NCBI GenBank assembly: GCA_013265495.1
Contig: MU058463.1
Coordinates: forward strand, 3,765,037 to 3,829,036
Source: Vicugna vicugna
Taxonomy: Eukaryota
Length of the DNA: 64,000 nucleotides
Reading direction: 5' to 3'
The notes beneath the pieces are model-generated. The model did not search any database and had not been told where the DNA came from. It saw nothing but the letters and a program-made list of their open reading frames with translations. The number at the start of each line of letters is the position of its first letter. Position 1 is the stretch's first letter. Below, piece after piece: positions 1-13,055 of the stretch. The position numbers and the translations under genes are program-made.

Positions 1-1849
1 TTTCTTCAACTCACAGTCAATACTTTATAGCAGTCTCTCCATGGCCAAATATTACATAGTACTACATTTCAAGTAACCCCTTACGATCAGCAAACAGGCC
101 TGTACATTTAGCTTTATTCTAAACATGTAGCGCAGTTCTGACTCATAGTAGCACTCAGTAATTGTTGACTGAATGAAGAAACAATGACATAAACAATAAG
201 TGTACACATACAAGGGGTATTCACCGTTTGCCAAAACTCTGGTTTATTGCTTTTACAAATCTGATTCTCTTACCAGATTTTTCTATCTCTGGCTGAACTA
301 CAGACCATAGACAATACTAGGCTGAACCAAAGGCTGTAATGTTAGCCCTTCAATTCACCTGTAGGTTACAACACTCACTGGTCTCTTAAAAGAAGAAATA
401 AAGATTTCTCTGCATTTTATAGAGATTGCTCAAATAATAATTACCATAGCTGAACATATTGTCCAAGGTTGAAATCTCCGTTGTCAGTGCCTCCTCCCTT
501 TCTCTCTCCATTTCACACCCCTCAACCAATTAAATGGTCATGGCCCATCACTGTCAAGTCAAATTCAGTCCAATCTTTCTGTTCCACTTGACTCCCATTG
601 CCCCTGCTTTGATTGGGAACCTTATCATCTTTAGGGAACACTACTTCCATCATCTGCTTACTGGCTTCTTCCTTGTTCAGATATGTCCCCTGCTGAGTCA
701 GTCAGGCTCTTTCAAGCTGTAAAGATCAGAGACAAGGTCTGGAAGCCTCAGTCAATGGGAGCATACTAACAGTTCAACAGAGAAGAGCCACAGTACCCAA
801 AATGATGTTACTTGTAAATCTACAGTTTAAAGATGCAGTTGTAGCAACCACCTTAAGGTGAAAGTAAACATCATGGCCAAAGCTGTCTCAGTAAAGACTC
901 AGAAAAGCCACCTGCAAGCTCCATTTATCCTCTCTCTGGAAGGGTCTCTGCAGGATACACTTTCTCTCCCAGGCCAAGAACTTCTGGCTTGTGAACCGAT
1001 CTCCCAAATGGAATCTCAGCTGGAATTTCTTACACCTTGCTGGTCACGTAGGTGTATTCCTGCTGTCAGGATCAGGGTTTCTGGGGTCTCACTCACTACA
1101 AACCATCTGTCTCATTGTTATCAATAAACAATGCTGACTAGCTGGTTCAAACCATCCTGAAACTCTTAGTAAATGTATTGTCGTAGGCACAGGGTTACAA
1201 AGCAATGCTATTAATCAGTATGTTTCAGATCAATGCTGTGCATGCTTATTTTTTATTTTAGCAAAATAATCAAGCTAATTCCAGACCTGCAGGATTTAAT
1301 CCCCACAGCACAGGAGCTTTGTTATAAAGATTCAGGGGGATGTAAGAAAGACAGGATACAGTGTCAGCAGCCTCTCTTAGATATGAAATAATATTTCTTG
1401 CTGGTTAACTTTGCAAAACAACACCAGTTGTCCGGTGCAACCCTGGGCACCCAACAGCAATTCTGTGAATCTGCTTACCATGACTCAGTCCTGCTACCTC
1501 TGAATCTCTTCCTGCTTTCTGCCATGTAACCAATTTATTGCAGTCTCTGCGTGCATCAGTTTAAATCCTCTGGGAGAGATCTGCTTGAGTTGGTCAGCCA
1601 CCGTGCTGTACTGGCTTCCCACAGGCGAAGCCCTTGCACCAGGTCTTCTGGATTTCTGGTGAGCCGTAATAAGACAGTTTTGCTCAGATATCTAGCCCAT
1701 CTCAATCAGCCGTGACCAAAGCAACAGCACTGCAAGAATCATAGCGCAGCTCCCCTAAGCCTTGGAATTATTCAGAAGTAGGCTACTGGCACAGCACGCA
1801 GCTGTTAGAACTTTCTTCCCAGCAAAAATACATCATCTCTTAACATTAT

Positions 1850-2430
1850 TTTTCCAAAACAGATGCAGTCATGTCACTCCCCAGCTTCAAACCCATCCTA
1901 AGTTCCCCATGTCCTATAATTTGAATTAATACCTCACATTCCTATAAGACTGTGTTGTCCAATGCAGCAGCCACTAGCTGTGTGGGGTTATTTAAATTTA
2001 AATTAATCAAATTAAATAAATTTAAAATTCAGTTTTTCATTTGCATCACTCACATTTGAAATACTACATTAAACCAGACAGAAAACAAAAGCAGAAACTT
2101 GGTCTTGATGCCTTTTTAAAGTGACTTTGAACTACTCCAGGCTCATCTCTCACCACGTGTCCCCATGCACCCTAAGCTCTAACCACATCAAAATCCTTGC
2201 TCTTACCCAGACATACTATAATATCTGTCCTTATGCCATTCCTGAGACCTGAAATAACCTTGCCTCTTGTGCATCTGGTAACGTCTTATTCACTTTTAAA
2301 GACCCAGCAAATACCTCACCTCCTCACCTGCTCTGTGAAGATTTTCCTACCAACCCACTCTACAAGGAGGGGGTTCAAACAGCCCTCTCAGTCATGCTTA
2401 TGTTTCTGTTGCTATTTTCCTTAACCTCTT
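1850..2430 (+). mobile_element. L2 LINE fragment (interrupted by MER3)
   Basis: Pyrimidine-rich L2-type motifs: catgtcactcccc...cttcaaac, tcttattcacttttaaagacccagc..aaatacctcacctcctc. Boundaries approximate. Confidence 0.55.
1950..2065 (-). mobile_element. MER3/MER33-like hAT-Charlie DNA transposon fragment
   Basis: ctgtgttgtccaatgcagcagccactagc...atttaaatttaaattaat...aaaattcagtt is the reverse complement of the 3' half of the MER3 copy at 60490-60691. Confidence 0.75.
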
Positions 2431-2909
2431 ACACATTCTGATTGAGTGGATTTCTCAAACCACCTGGTTTTCCCAAATTGTGTTCTTGCTCCTTCCCCCT
2501 ACACACAGTATCTGAAAAGCCCTCACTTACCATAGTTGAGCTTCTCCCATTCACTTCCTCCTCCTCCTCTCCTGTTTCTCCTCACAATTTACCTTTAAAT
2601 TATCCCCCATTTCCCTTTCTGTGCATACTTAAAGGATAAATCCTGCAGAAAAGAGCAGAGAATCCTAGAAAAACATTAATTTCCAAACATTTTTATACCA
2701 ATGGATTATCCTTCTGCTAAAACAAAATTTTTGATAATATTAATGATGTCCCTAGTGGTCTTTAAAATATTTTGGAATTGGTGCACCTTCTTACTGCTTT
2801 GATTTTACAATTCCCCTGCCAACACCCCATTCCTCTCCTAACCAAGTAATTTACATTAATGCTAAAAACAGTTGGCCTCAATAATTTGGGAGTACATGTG
2901 TGTGGATGT

Positions 2910-2933
2910 GAGAGAGAGAGAGAGAGAGAGAGA
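2910..2933. repeat. (GA)12 microsatellite
   Basis: Direct observation. Confidence 0.95.
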
Positions 2934-3399
2934 TCTCTTTAGGTCATTGAGAATACTATGAGGTAATTTGCTTTTTTTTAATTTTGTGCATTTCATGCTC
3001 TTTTAAAATTTTTGACATTTTGAATTTTTCCCTGTTTTGCTTTTTATTTCCACTTTTTCTACTTAGAATTCAGTTCTTTTATGAAGAAAAAGTTATAGAT
3101 GTTTATCCATTCATATGTCTTCCATAAAAATAAACCTTGGCCTTTGCCAGTTCCACTACTAATATCCAAAGAAGAATAAAGAAAGTGAGGGAATTTTAAA
3201 CTAACAAACCAACCAAATTCCCAAGGTAGGCTAAAAAGCAATCCAAAGACTTGATTAAATTCATTTTTATATGTCACAGCACAATATTGACCTATCATTC
3301 CAAAGTCTGTTTAAAATACTACAGTTACCCCAACAACTCCATTTGTGCGGAAGTGAGACCACAGTCTTTTAAAAATTGTGGAATGTTCCCTGACCACTT

Positions 3400-3585
3400 A
3401 CTATGTCAGCCATCATTGAAGCACTCAGATCTTATGTGATTTTATCCTCGCAACAACTTTCTAAAGTACTGTTATCATCTTCAATTCACAGATGAAGAAA
3501 CTGAGATTCAGAGAGGTTAAGCAACTTTCTCTGAGTTTCACAGCAGACACACTGTATGGGGAAGAGCCAGGGTTTTTAACTCGCT
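3400..3585 (-). mobile_element. MIR SINE
   Basis: Core cagatgaagaaactgagattcagagaggttaagcaactt is the reverse complement of the MIR core. Confidence 0.8.
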
Positions 3586-6500
3586 GCTACTTGCTGCTGT
3601 GACTCCCACTGCTGCCCAGCATGCCAGCCATTCCATTTCCCACTGCGTACTGTTTCATGATACTCTTGAGAAGAAGACGTTTCATTTAGTGCATGTGTTT
3701 TCTGTCTCTGGAAGCCAACACCAGACTTCCCACATCACATTTGACACCAAGCTCCCATGGTTAGGATTTTTTTCCCCTCAGAAGCACTCACATCATCAGA
3801 CTTGCCTATCCAGTCTAACTGTAATTCTGCAACACAGAAACAGGGAGTGGGCCTTGACTTTACACACCCATGGCCAACCCCAGGTAGAAAGTCTGAGAAT
3901 GTTAGTGTTTGATCTTTGCTTGCATAACCTCAACCCAAGAAAATCCACATAAGTGTCCCTCCTACTCTATTAAACGCCTGGAGCAGCTCTGGGGCTCATT
4001 CCCATGTCCACAGCCACTGGGAGTCCACAGAAGGCCCCCAGAAAACCCAGATTGGAGTTCCCTTTCATTTCACAGCTACAGTGTGTGATTCCTTTGGAAT
4101 GGTGGGCCTTCTCGGCACCCCTAACATTGCACTACGTTAGCATCGCCCACTTCACCCACTTTGTTTTTCCAAAAGCCCTGTTGAACAAGTACATCCAAGA
4201 AAAAAAAAATGTAAGAAGAAACAGAGAGACATTTAATGCTTCTTTTCTGAATAAATGGATTTCCTTATGAACATTTGGCAAGTGTCACATCTAAAGCCTC
4301 TACCATTAAAAGAAAAAGCCATCACAGGCTAAGTGGCAAGCTGTGAGCTGAAAACAAAAGGTTTTATGAGTTGATATTGTTTATGTTACAGAGTCAAATA
4401 TTCTTCATGTATCCGATGCATGAATGGAGTAACTGTTACTTATCCAGTTATGTAAGGAGAACTTTGTGGTCTATGTGCTTTTATTTTCATCCCAGACTCT
4501 AGAAAGGGGCCTAGAGAAAATACATTATCCTCAGATGACTGAAACCTAAAAGCATATACTCCCTCTCTCCCTTTCTTCCCAACCAAACCACATTTTGCCT
4601 CTGCCAAAATGGGTACGTTCAAATGAAAAAATTAAATGAGAGCGAACTTCTATCTTGCAGGAAGAGTAACTCCTAATGGGTTTCTAATGAAGCTACTTGA
4701 TAAGGTCTACTGTCCCTTTACTCTTTCATCCAAATCTTTATTTATCCAACAGTAAGGAAAAAATAAAACTGGAGTCAAATTGGTAAGGCAGCCCAAAGGA
4801 GTCTCCAATAAAGTAAGACGTAGTAAAGCAATGGGTCGAATCATAAAACAGCAGCATTAAACACCCTCCTCTTCCTCACTCGGCAGAGCCCAAGGCAAAG
4901 AGAAACACTGGGGGTTGAGGGTGGGAAACTGGGGGTGAGGAGGGCCCTTTCTGGGACTTCCTGAGCTGATTGCAAAGATTAGAAGGAAAGAAAGCCAACA
5001 TATTTCAAATGACTGTGTGATTTGCCAGGATTGCAGAGCAAATCAAGGAATGTTAAAAATTATGTCATTGACATCATGTACTAAAAGGATCTCAAGTTAT
5101 TTAAAAATAACAACAAAAAATTACCATGGAGAGGATCTCACTCTAACACTTCAGATATTTCCTGGCCAATGCCTAACCACAGAAAAAAATTCTAAGGTTG
5201 CATCTTAAGTTCCCACTGCCCTATGAGTGGCTGGGCAGCTTCCTGGATCTCCCAGGAAAGGTATGCAGTCTGCCCTATGGGCTGACCCCCACTTCACAGC
5301 CAGATCTGACAAGGTGCCAGCAAATACATTCTCAAAAGCAAAGACATTCTTTAGGGATTGTGCAGAGGAATTTGGCAGCTGTGTCAGCCTCATGAGGTGT
5401 GGCTTAAAGAACAAGTTCCTCAACCAGGGGCATGGGATTATTTACAACCTCTCTAGAATAAATCACTACTAAATTGTCTTTATCCACAAATCCACATTTA
5501 CATTAAAATGCTGGTAGCATTCCTCTGCTGCTGATATCTAAAATATTAAAACAAAAATCGTAACAAAACTTACCTTGGCAAATGTTACTTGCACTGAACC
5601 AAGTAAAGAATGGAACTAATACGGGATACTGTGCACAAATACTATTTCTACTTCTCTTTTTTCTTCCCTCCTTCCTTCTGTGGAACACCAATGAGACAGC
5701 TCCTGACATTCCTGATGCATTCTGAGGACCCAGTAAGGAAGACTCTAGAGTCTCAGACACCCCAGGAGGGATGACAGGCCTCAGACCCAGAACCCTCCCT
5801 CAACTGGGTCCTTTTTCAATCCCAAAGAACACTGTGCATGCAGAGACACAAGTATTCTTAACTATGATCTTATATCCACAGGTCACATCAGTCATGGGAA
5901 AAGTCAAAGGCTTGAGAGGAACTGGGTTCCAGCCCCACCTTTTTATCTCAATAATTCCTACTAGACCTAACCTGAGGTCACCATCTTTCTATTTTTGATG
6001 TGCGGTTCTGCTTACTTTGGACAGAACATAATATTGGATGATAATGGTGCTTTTACCCTGTTGGCCTGCAAAGGGGCAAAACTATTTCTCTATTGGAGGT
6101 GAGGAGGCTTATGTTAAGTGAGTTACTAGGAAGACTGCAGAGGTGAGGTGAGCTGTCACCCTGGGCTAAGGGCTGAGTCTCTTGTTGATTCTCAATGAGA
6201 ATCGACTGTCGCAGTCCTGTGAATCATTTGTGAACTAGGCATGAACTTCCTGAATGCCAGAACTGAGTGGGTGGAGCACTGAAGGGTTTTTGTTGTTGTT
6301 ACTTTGTTTTTTGCAGTAAGGAAGAGTCTCTGACTTGTCCATGGATAGGGGCAGATGAAATAATAGGCCAGTTCCTAGAAGCCAGAAAGACAAACCAAAA
6401 GAACAAAAAGAATGTTGGGAAGAAAAAGCCATATAAAATATCTGAGATGTTATCAACCTTTTGGGACTAGACTCAAGTTGCTTTAGGACAGAAAGCTGTA

Positions 6501-6924
6501 CTGTCTGTGACCACTTCTGGTTGTGTGTCTGCTAGACCAAAAATGATGAATGAGAGCATTTGAGCACTGCCCACTCAGCTGTGCCCTCCACTGCCCGCAT
6601 TTCCTAGGTCAGTCTTCAGGAGGAAAGCAGTCAGAGCCAAAGGACGACTACAAACCATAGGACCTGCACAAGCTGAAAGAGAAGGAAACTGGTGTGTCCT
6701 AAAAGTCTCCTGGATGCTGGGGAAGGAGGTGATCAACAAACAAGACAGCAGGGAAGACTGCGAACTAGAGAGGCAATGATTGGAAGGTAAGAGTGAGAGA
6801 CTCACTAGAATGGCTGGGCACTAGAGAAGTACTATTCAAAAACTAGTCATGCACCCCTACCAGCATAAAAACACTTTGAGCATATACCACCTATATTGAA
6901 TTCTCTTTTTTTTTGCACTTTTGT

Positions 6925-7330
6925 GTATTTTGTGTGGTGCAGATTATCTGTGGGTAACCCAGCACTATCTACCTTCCAAGATCTCTTCGTCACAAGGGCT
7001 AGAAGACAATGAACTACATTTCTTAGAAGTCCTGCCGGCAGAGTTTTGTGTTATGATGCCCTTGAGAGACACTCCTATGAGCCTTGGAAGGTGGGAGAGA
7101 AGCAGAAACCATACTATCATTCCTGTGCCACTGGCAGGCATGTAGTGTGCTTTGGCAGACCACAGATTAAAGATGTTTCCAGAGCTGCTGGTAAGCCTCC
7201 TGTGGATGGTTTCATTTCAGTGGTGGATAGGTAGCTCAATCATGGTCAGACATTTCCTGTAATTCTTGATTTCCTGAAAGCTGTTTGCAGCTGTTTAACC
7301 TGCATGCTCCCAGCCTTTCTGTTTCCTTAG
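6925..7330 (+). mobile_element. Old ERVL-class LTR (LTR33/LTR16-like)
   Basis: aactacatttcttagaagtcctg...gagccttggaaggtgggagagaagcagaa resembles ERVL LTR33/LTR16 motifs and the copy at 27560-28275. Diverged. Confidence 0.4.
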
Positions 7331-7599
7331 CAGAAATTTAACTGACACATATTCCTTATAAAGCAAATACACATAATAGATATAAAAGAGTAACATAAAT
7401 ACTATTTTAATTATTTTAAAAATAAAGTTTTTTCTCAATAAAAATATTAGCTTGTAATTACTTCTTTTAAATTATTTTGCATATAATTTGAATGTCCGGC
7501 TCTACATTAATTTTATTCCAATATGCAGTTTTAATAGCTATCAGAGCTAAAAAAAAAAACCTCACAAAAATATATATATTAATAGAGAAGATGCACCTG

Positions 7600-8050
7600 A
7601 TTAGCTACACTTACTAAACTGTGATATCCAAGAAAATTATGATATGCAGAAAATTATAAAACTTTGCAGAAGGACAGTAAATAATATCTAAATAAAATAG
7701 AAACAGATCTTGTGTTCTTGGGTAGGGAGATTTAATATTATAAAGACAGTAATTTATCCTCTGAATAATCTATGGACTTAATGTAGTTCCAATCAAAACA
7801 CCAACAGACTGGCTTCATGGAAGTCAGTGAGCTGATTTTAGAAAGCACATAAAAGAAAGAGAATACTCAAGAGCTTTCTGGGGAAAAAAAGGCTGAGGTG
7901 GGGTGCAGGACTTGTTTCATCAGACATAAGAACTTGTTGTCAAGTTGTGGCATTAATCCAGTGCTGTACAGGAATAGATGCACTGATAAATTAAGGACAA
8001 GTACCAGAGAAGGAAACCCACACAAATATTTAACTTTGCTATACAACAGA
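7600..8050 (+). mobile_element. Ancient L1 (L1M/L1ME) ORF2 fragment
   Basis: aaattataaaactttgc...ctaaataaa...tgttcttgggtagggagatttaatattataaag...ttccaatcaaaacaccaacag is typical of decayed L1 ORF2. Confidence 0.7.
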
Positions 8051-8051
8051 G

Positions 8052-8108
8052 TTGTCTGAATTAAGTCACCCCATCTGTGGCGCTCTTACAGCAGCCCTAG
8101 CTAACACA
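8052..8108 (+). mobile_element. MLT1 (MaLR) LTR 3' end fragment
   Basis: ttaagtcaccccatctgtggcgctcttacagcagccctagctaacac matches the MLT1 terminus. Confidence 0.6.
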
Positions 8109-9395
8109 GGCTGCGGGCCAGAATTTTAACCATCACTCCTCCTCCATATTTCCAGGCTTACAGGAGAGCACAGCCCTGCCTGAAACATTCTGCACCTTCT
8201 GCAGAATGAATTCTGTGTAGCAATTTGGCATCATTACAGAAAAAAGGAACCTGATCAAAGTTCTGTTCTAAACTCTCACTAAATTCTCTTCTGATCCTCC
8301 AATTATAAAATTAAACTTCACATGATTGCCACAAATGTGTATGTCAACCCTGTGCTTTGCTCCTTTTTGGTGACTATCACATATTGGCATTTATTTTATT
8401 GACAACATCCACTGCCTGCCTTTATTAACAGCTAAATAATATTCCTTTATGTTCATGAAATTCATAAAATGGCCGATATGAAAAGGTTATGCTGCTGTTA
8501 CCAGAAATGGTTACTAGGGAAATGATATGAATCATAGGACTGCAAGAGAACCAACCTGGAAACCATACCTTCCATCAAAGCCAGCCCGCTCCATTTAAAG
8601 CCAAGAGAGACGAACAGAGCAGAACGTTGAGGCAGCAAAGCAACAGGATACACAGTCAGAATAAGAAACGTCATTTTCCAAGTAATGAGTAGCTGGCACC
8701 AGAATTTTTCTGAGGATTTTAGAACAAATGGACTTCAATTTAATGTAGGTGATCAAGGTCACTGTCCTAAAGATGCAAAGAAGAAGACTCCTTTGCCCTG
8801 CTAGAAAACATGACCACCTATCAGAGCAAAACAGGTTTGTCCCCTAAGCAGAGTTTTCTGTGGCTGTAGAAGCCAATAAGACTGTGTGCCTTCCCGGGAG
8901 TCAGGCCCAGGAGAATGGCTGCTCCTCCATAGTTAGAGAACCAGGCGGCTCAAGGAAGAGCCATCATGAAAGCACAGTTTAGGAGTTGGCTAGATGGAAC
9001 TCAGATTCAGTGGGTTGGCCACTGAGAACAGTCCAGAAAATCCTCTCAGGATTGTAGCTGCCAGGGGGGTGCATGATGCAGAGGGAAACTGTATGATTCC
9101 AAAGGGGTCTGCCTTAGTGTATCTATGAGAGTCTATTTTAAAGATGTCTTAAAGACCATGCCCTGAAAGTCAAACAAAATATAATGTTCTACCTTTAAAA
9201 AGGTCCAAATTTTTTGTAACTCCTAAAAAACAAAAACAAATGATCAAAAACAACAGCAAAAATACTTTTGCCAATATTTAGACCAGCTTCTTAGATGATA
9301 AATTAATTTGACTATGGGGAGTATGTTTTAAAAGTTCACAGTAATATAGGCTCTCTGGTTGTCTAGTTGAGGTTTTCTAGATTTGAAACTTGCTG

Positions 9396-9890
9396 CTTTT
9401 TTAATTAATCAACTTTCTCAGAGAGGTTTTAGTTTTACAGAAAAATTACACAGGACGTACAGAGTTCCCATATGCCCCCTTTCTCACCCTACTGTCTTAG
9501 TTTCCTCTGTTTCTAACCTTTTGCATTAGTGTGGTACATTTGTTACATTGATGAGCCAGTATTGATTATTATTAACTGAAGTCCGTGGTTAACACTTTGT
9601 GTTACTTTGTGTCGCACCACTCAGTGGATTTTGACAAATGCATAGTGTCTTGTATCCGTCACTAAACATCAGAAAGAATAGTTTCACTGCCCTAAAAATC
9701 CCCTGTGCTCACGGTAGGTACTCTCCCTCTCCCAGCAAAACCCCCAGCAATCACTGATTTTTTTTTTTTTTACTTTCTCTATAGTTTTGCCTCTTTCAGG
9801 GTAGAATATAGTTGGAATCATAGGATGCCCTTTTCAAACTGGCTTCTTTCACTTAGCAGTATGCATTTAAGGTGCAACTGCCTATTTTAT
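9396..9890 (-). mobile_element. L1MB/L1MC-type L1 3' end
   Basis: ttttagttttacagaaaaatt...gtacagagttcccatat...gtgtggtacatttgttaca...ggcttctttcacttagcagtatgcatttaagg. Confidence 0.8.
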
Positions 9891-10379
9891 GCGGTGGTGA
9901 AAAAATGAAAAGGATGAAGAGAACACAGTCAATTTTAAAAGAAATACTCCTAGTGCTTTACTAATAATTCTCCTCTCTCTCTCTTGCTCTCCCCCGCCCC
10001 CACACCAGTCATTTAGGATTTACACTCAACAATATGAATGTGCCAAGTACAGAAAACAATGAAATTTGGAGTAAAGACTATTCCCATGTTAAATTTACAT
10101 TCTTAGGCCAATAGTAGATGGAAGTCTCATACTGGTAACTTTGAAATCTGTTCTCCCATTAAAACAATATTTGAGGGGGACTGGAAAGTAGAAATAGAAT
10201 TTGCAAACAAGTTCTAAAGTCTTTTTAGTAGATTTATTTATTGTAGTGGTATGAGTGAAATGATTCTGAAATCATTGAGATACGAAGTATTTGGTTGAGA
10301 ATGTATAAACTGACTCTAGCCATGAGGAAATATCATACTAATGAGGAATATTCTATTAAAAAGAGGAGAATATTATAAT

Positions 10380-10915
10380 CTTTGAGAATGTCATTGGCAC
10401 AAAAGACAAGGAATGTCTTGTGGAAACGTTCCAGATTAAAGACACAAGAAAACTTGTATTAATATGTTCCAGGTTAAAGACACAAGACAACTAAAAGCAA
10501 TGTCTGACCCTGGCTTGGATCCTGTATTGGAGGGGAAGATGTTGTAAAAAAAATCATTATTGGGGCAATTGAATAAGGACAATCTCTTGGATAAAACTGC
10601 TCTATCTGTTAAATTTATTGAAGTCGAGTTACAGTTCTGAAAGGGAATATTCTTGTTCTTAGGAAATGCACAGTGAAATATATAGGAATAAAGTGGCCCT
10701 GGGATAAAGGGCCATACTGTATACAGTTTAATGTTGGTAATATAAAGTATATAAAGAGAGTGAGACAATGAATACAAAACAAAGGGGGCAAAGTGTTAAA
10801 AATAGATTAACTTGAGTAAATGGTATAAGAAGTGTTCTTTGTATTGTTTTTGTGTTTTTGCAACTTTTTTGTAAATTTGAATGAATTTCCAAACCAGAAA
10901 AAAATCATTAAAGAA
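10380..10915 (+). mobile_element. L1MC/L1ME-type L1 3' end
   Basis: gttccagattaaagac...ttggatcctg...ttcttgttcttaggaaatgcacagtgaaata...tcttt...tgcaacttttt...aaatttga...ttccaaa. Confidence 0.7.
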
Positions 10916-11091
10916 AACAGTATCCAATAAAGCATATGGTGACAATGAGACAATGAACATTCTTCCACTGCATTCCTCATTTCCCATCCCCTGGGCAACT
11001 CATACTCATCCTTTAAAATAATCTGCCAAGGTATTACTTTCTCTATGTTACCTTCCCCAACATTTTTCTTTCAAAAAAATACTACACACTT

Positions 11092-11555
11092 TGCATCGTC
11101 TGAAATTGCATTTAGATTTGAGTGACAGACTGAAAACAGCAGTGGCTTAAACAAGACAGAAATGCACTTCCACCCCAAAAGTAAGGGAGAGGCAGTCCAG
11201 GGTTCTGCTGTGTCACCAGGACCAGACTCCTTCTACCTTCCTTCTTTGCCATCCTTCATACATGGCTTCCCTCCACAAGGTCACATCATCCTCCAGAATT
11301 GCACCTGGAGCTCCAGCCATCACATCCACATTTCAGCCAGCAAGGCCCAGCCATTCGTTCCATGCTAAGGAGACTTCCTGCAAGTTCAATCCCAAAACTT
11401 CCACTTGCATCTCATCAGCCAAAACTTAGTCCCAGGGCCACATCTAGCTGCAAAGGAGGACAGAAAATGGAGCTCTCAGGTGGGCATTCTGCCACATGGT
11501 ATAAAATTGGAGTTCTTTTATTAAAAAAAAGAGGAATAGTTAATATTCTGTAGGC
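11092..11555 (-). mobile_element. MLT1J/K-like MaLR LTR
   Basis: gtgacagac...agtggcttaaacaagacaga...ttccacttgcatctcatcagccaaaacttagtc...ccacatctagctgcaaaggagg. Confidence 0.75.
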
Positions 11556-12848
11556 AATTATCAATTTCTAAAAACCCTCCTGTTGTGAAGTTCCCATTAT
11601 TATGTACATATTCATTATCACATGTATCATATCATATTTCACTTATATTACTGTCACTATCACAAATCATAGCATAAAAGTTTTGGATATAAAATACCTG
11701 TGCTGGCTTTCAAGTGCCCCAAAGCCTGGCCCAGGGCCCATCCCATAGTAATCACTCATGTAAGGTTGATAAAATTAAATGAGTTAATAGGCAGCCATTT
11801 GAGATATTCCAGATGTGTATATTTGATAGTCCACAGGATTATCCTGAAATTATGGAAAGATTTCAAGAATCAACTTCTTGAAGTTTTGTTTGGTTATAAG
11901 ACCCAAGTTCAATTTTGGTGCTGACAAAACTAATCGATGATTACAGGTCATAAATTATAGAAGATAGCATATAACTGAAGGTTTTAACAGCAAAATACTA
12001 TCCTTTTTCCTTAGCTTCAATGACTTTTCCCTCTATAGGCTCTGAATGCTGAGAGCTCCTTCATTTATTAAATGTTATAAAACATGTAATGTTAGATATA
12101 TCTCTGACCTCACTGACCAATCAGTAAGGAAGTAGGTTCAAAAGCAATTTCACTGGCACACTCAACAATGAGCAACCATACAGGAAACAGGAAGCAGAGG
12201 ATGTCAGATTTCTAAGTGATGCTTCACTTTCTCAAGCATACAATACATGGCAGAACCCAACTGATTTTCAGAAAAGAGCAAAGGGCCAGTCCTTTGCTAT
12301 ATGAAACACTATATGAAAACACAAACTTGGAAAGAATTTTCACACAGAGAAAAAAAAATTTTAAACCTTGACACTCATGTAGTCACCAAATACATTTGAA
12401 CTGTATCATGTGTTAGGGATTTTGCTGTACATGAAAGGTAGAATGGCATAAAAGAAAGAAAAACTCTTAATTTCATGGAGTCTTTAACCTCAGAGAATTC
12501 TCCCAGCTGGTAAGTGGTAGAGCATGATTTCAGTTTCAGCCTTGTGTACTTCCAAAACCCATGCACTTGACTGCTATATTTTTACATTAAGAATTAGCCC
12601 TTGAATATAAATTTGGGGTCTACAGTCAAGTGATAGATGAAGATCCTAAACTGTTGCCTTTAGTATGTGGTCTTTCCAGTAAAAAGTGAAGCTGGTGGTA
12701 ATGGGTAAGAGAACTGAAATATTTTTAAGTAAAATAAAATATGCATTGGTATTTTATTTTATCTTTAAAGTTTCACTTCATTGAGTTCTACGTAAATGAG
12801 TTACCAAAATTTTGCAGTGTTCAGATTGCTTTATGGTTGTCTCAACAA

Positions 12849-13055
12849 AACCACCAACATTCTGAACTGCAAAGAAATGATTTGGATATTACTTTCCAAA
12901 AATTCAAATTCTCCAATTTTTTCCCCTAAATTGACTAGATAACCACCAACATTCTGAACTGCAAAGAAATAATTTGGATATTACTTTCCTAATTTGGATA
13001 TTATTTTCCAAAAATTCAAATTCTCCAATTTTTTCCCCTAAATTGACTAGATAAC
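12849..13055. repeat. 92-bp tandem duplication; second copy carries an internal 20-bp duplication
   Basis: Copy 1 is 12849-12940 and copy 2 is 12941-13052 (92+20 bp). The copies are near identical. Confidence 0.95.

Noticed and set aside
12849..13055. CRISPR-like or minisatellite array
   Set aside because: Only two head-to-tail copies without spacers, in mammalian DNA.
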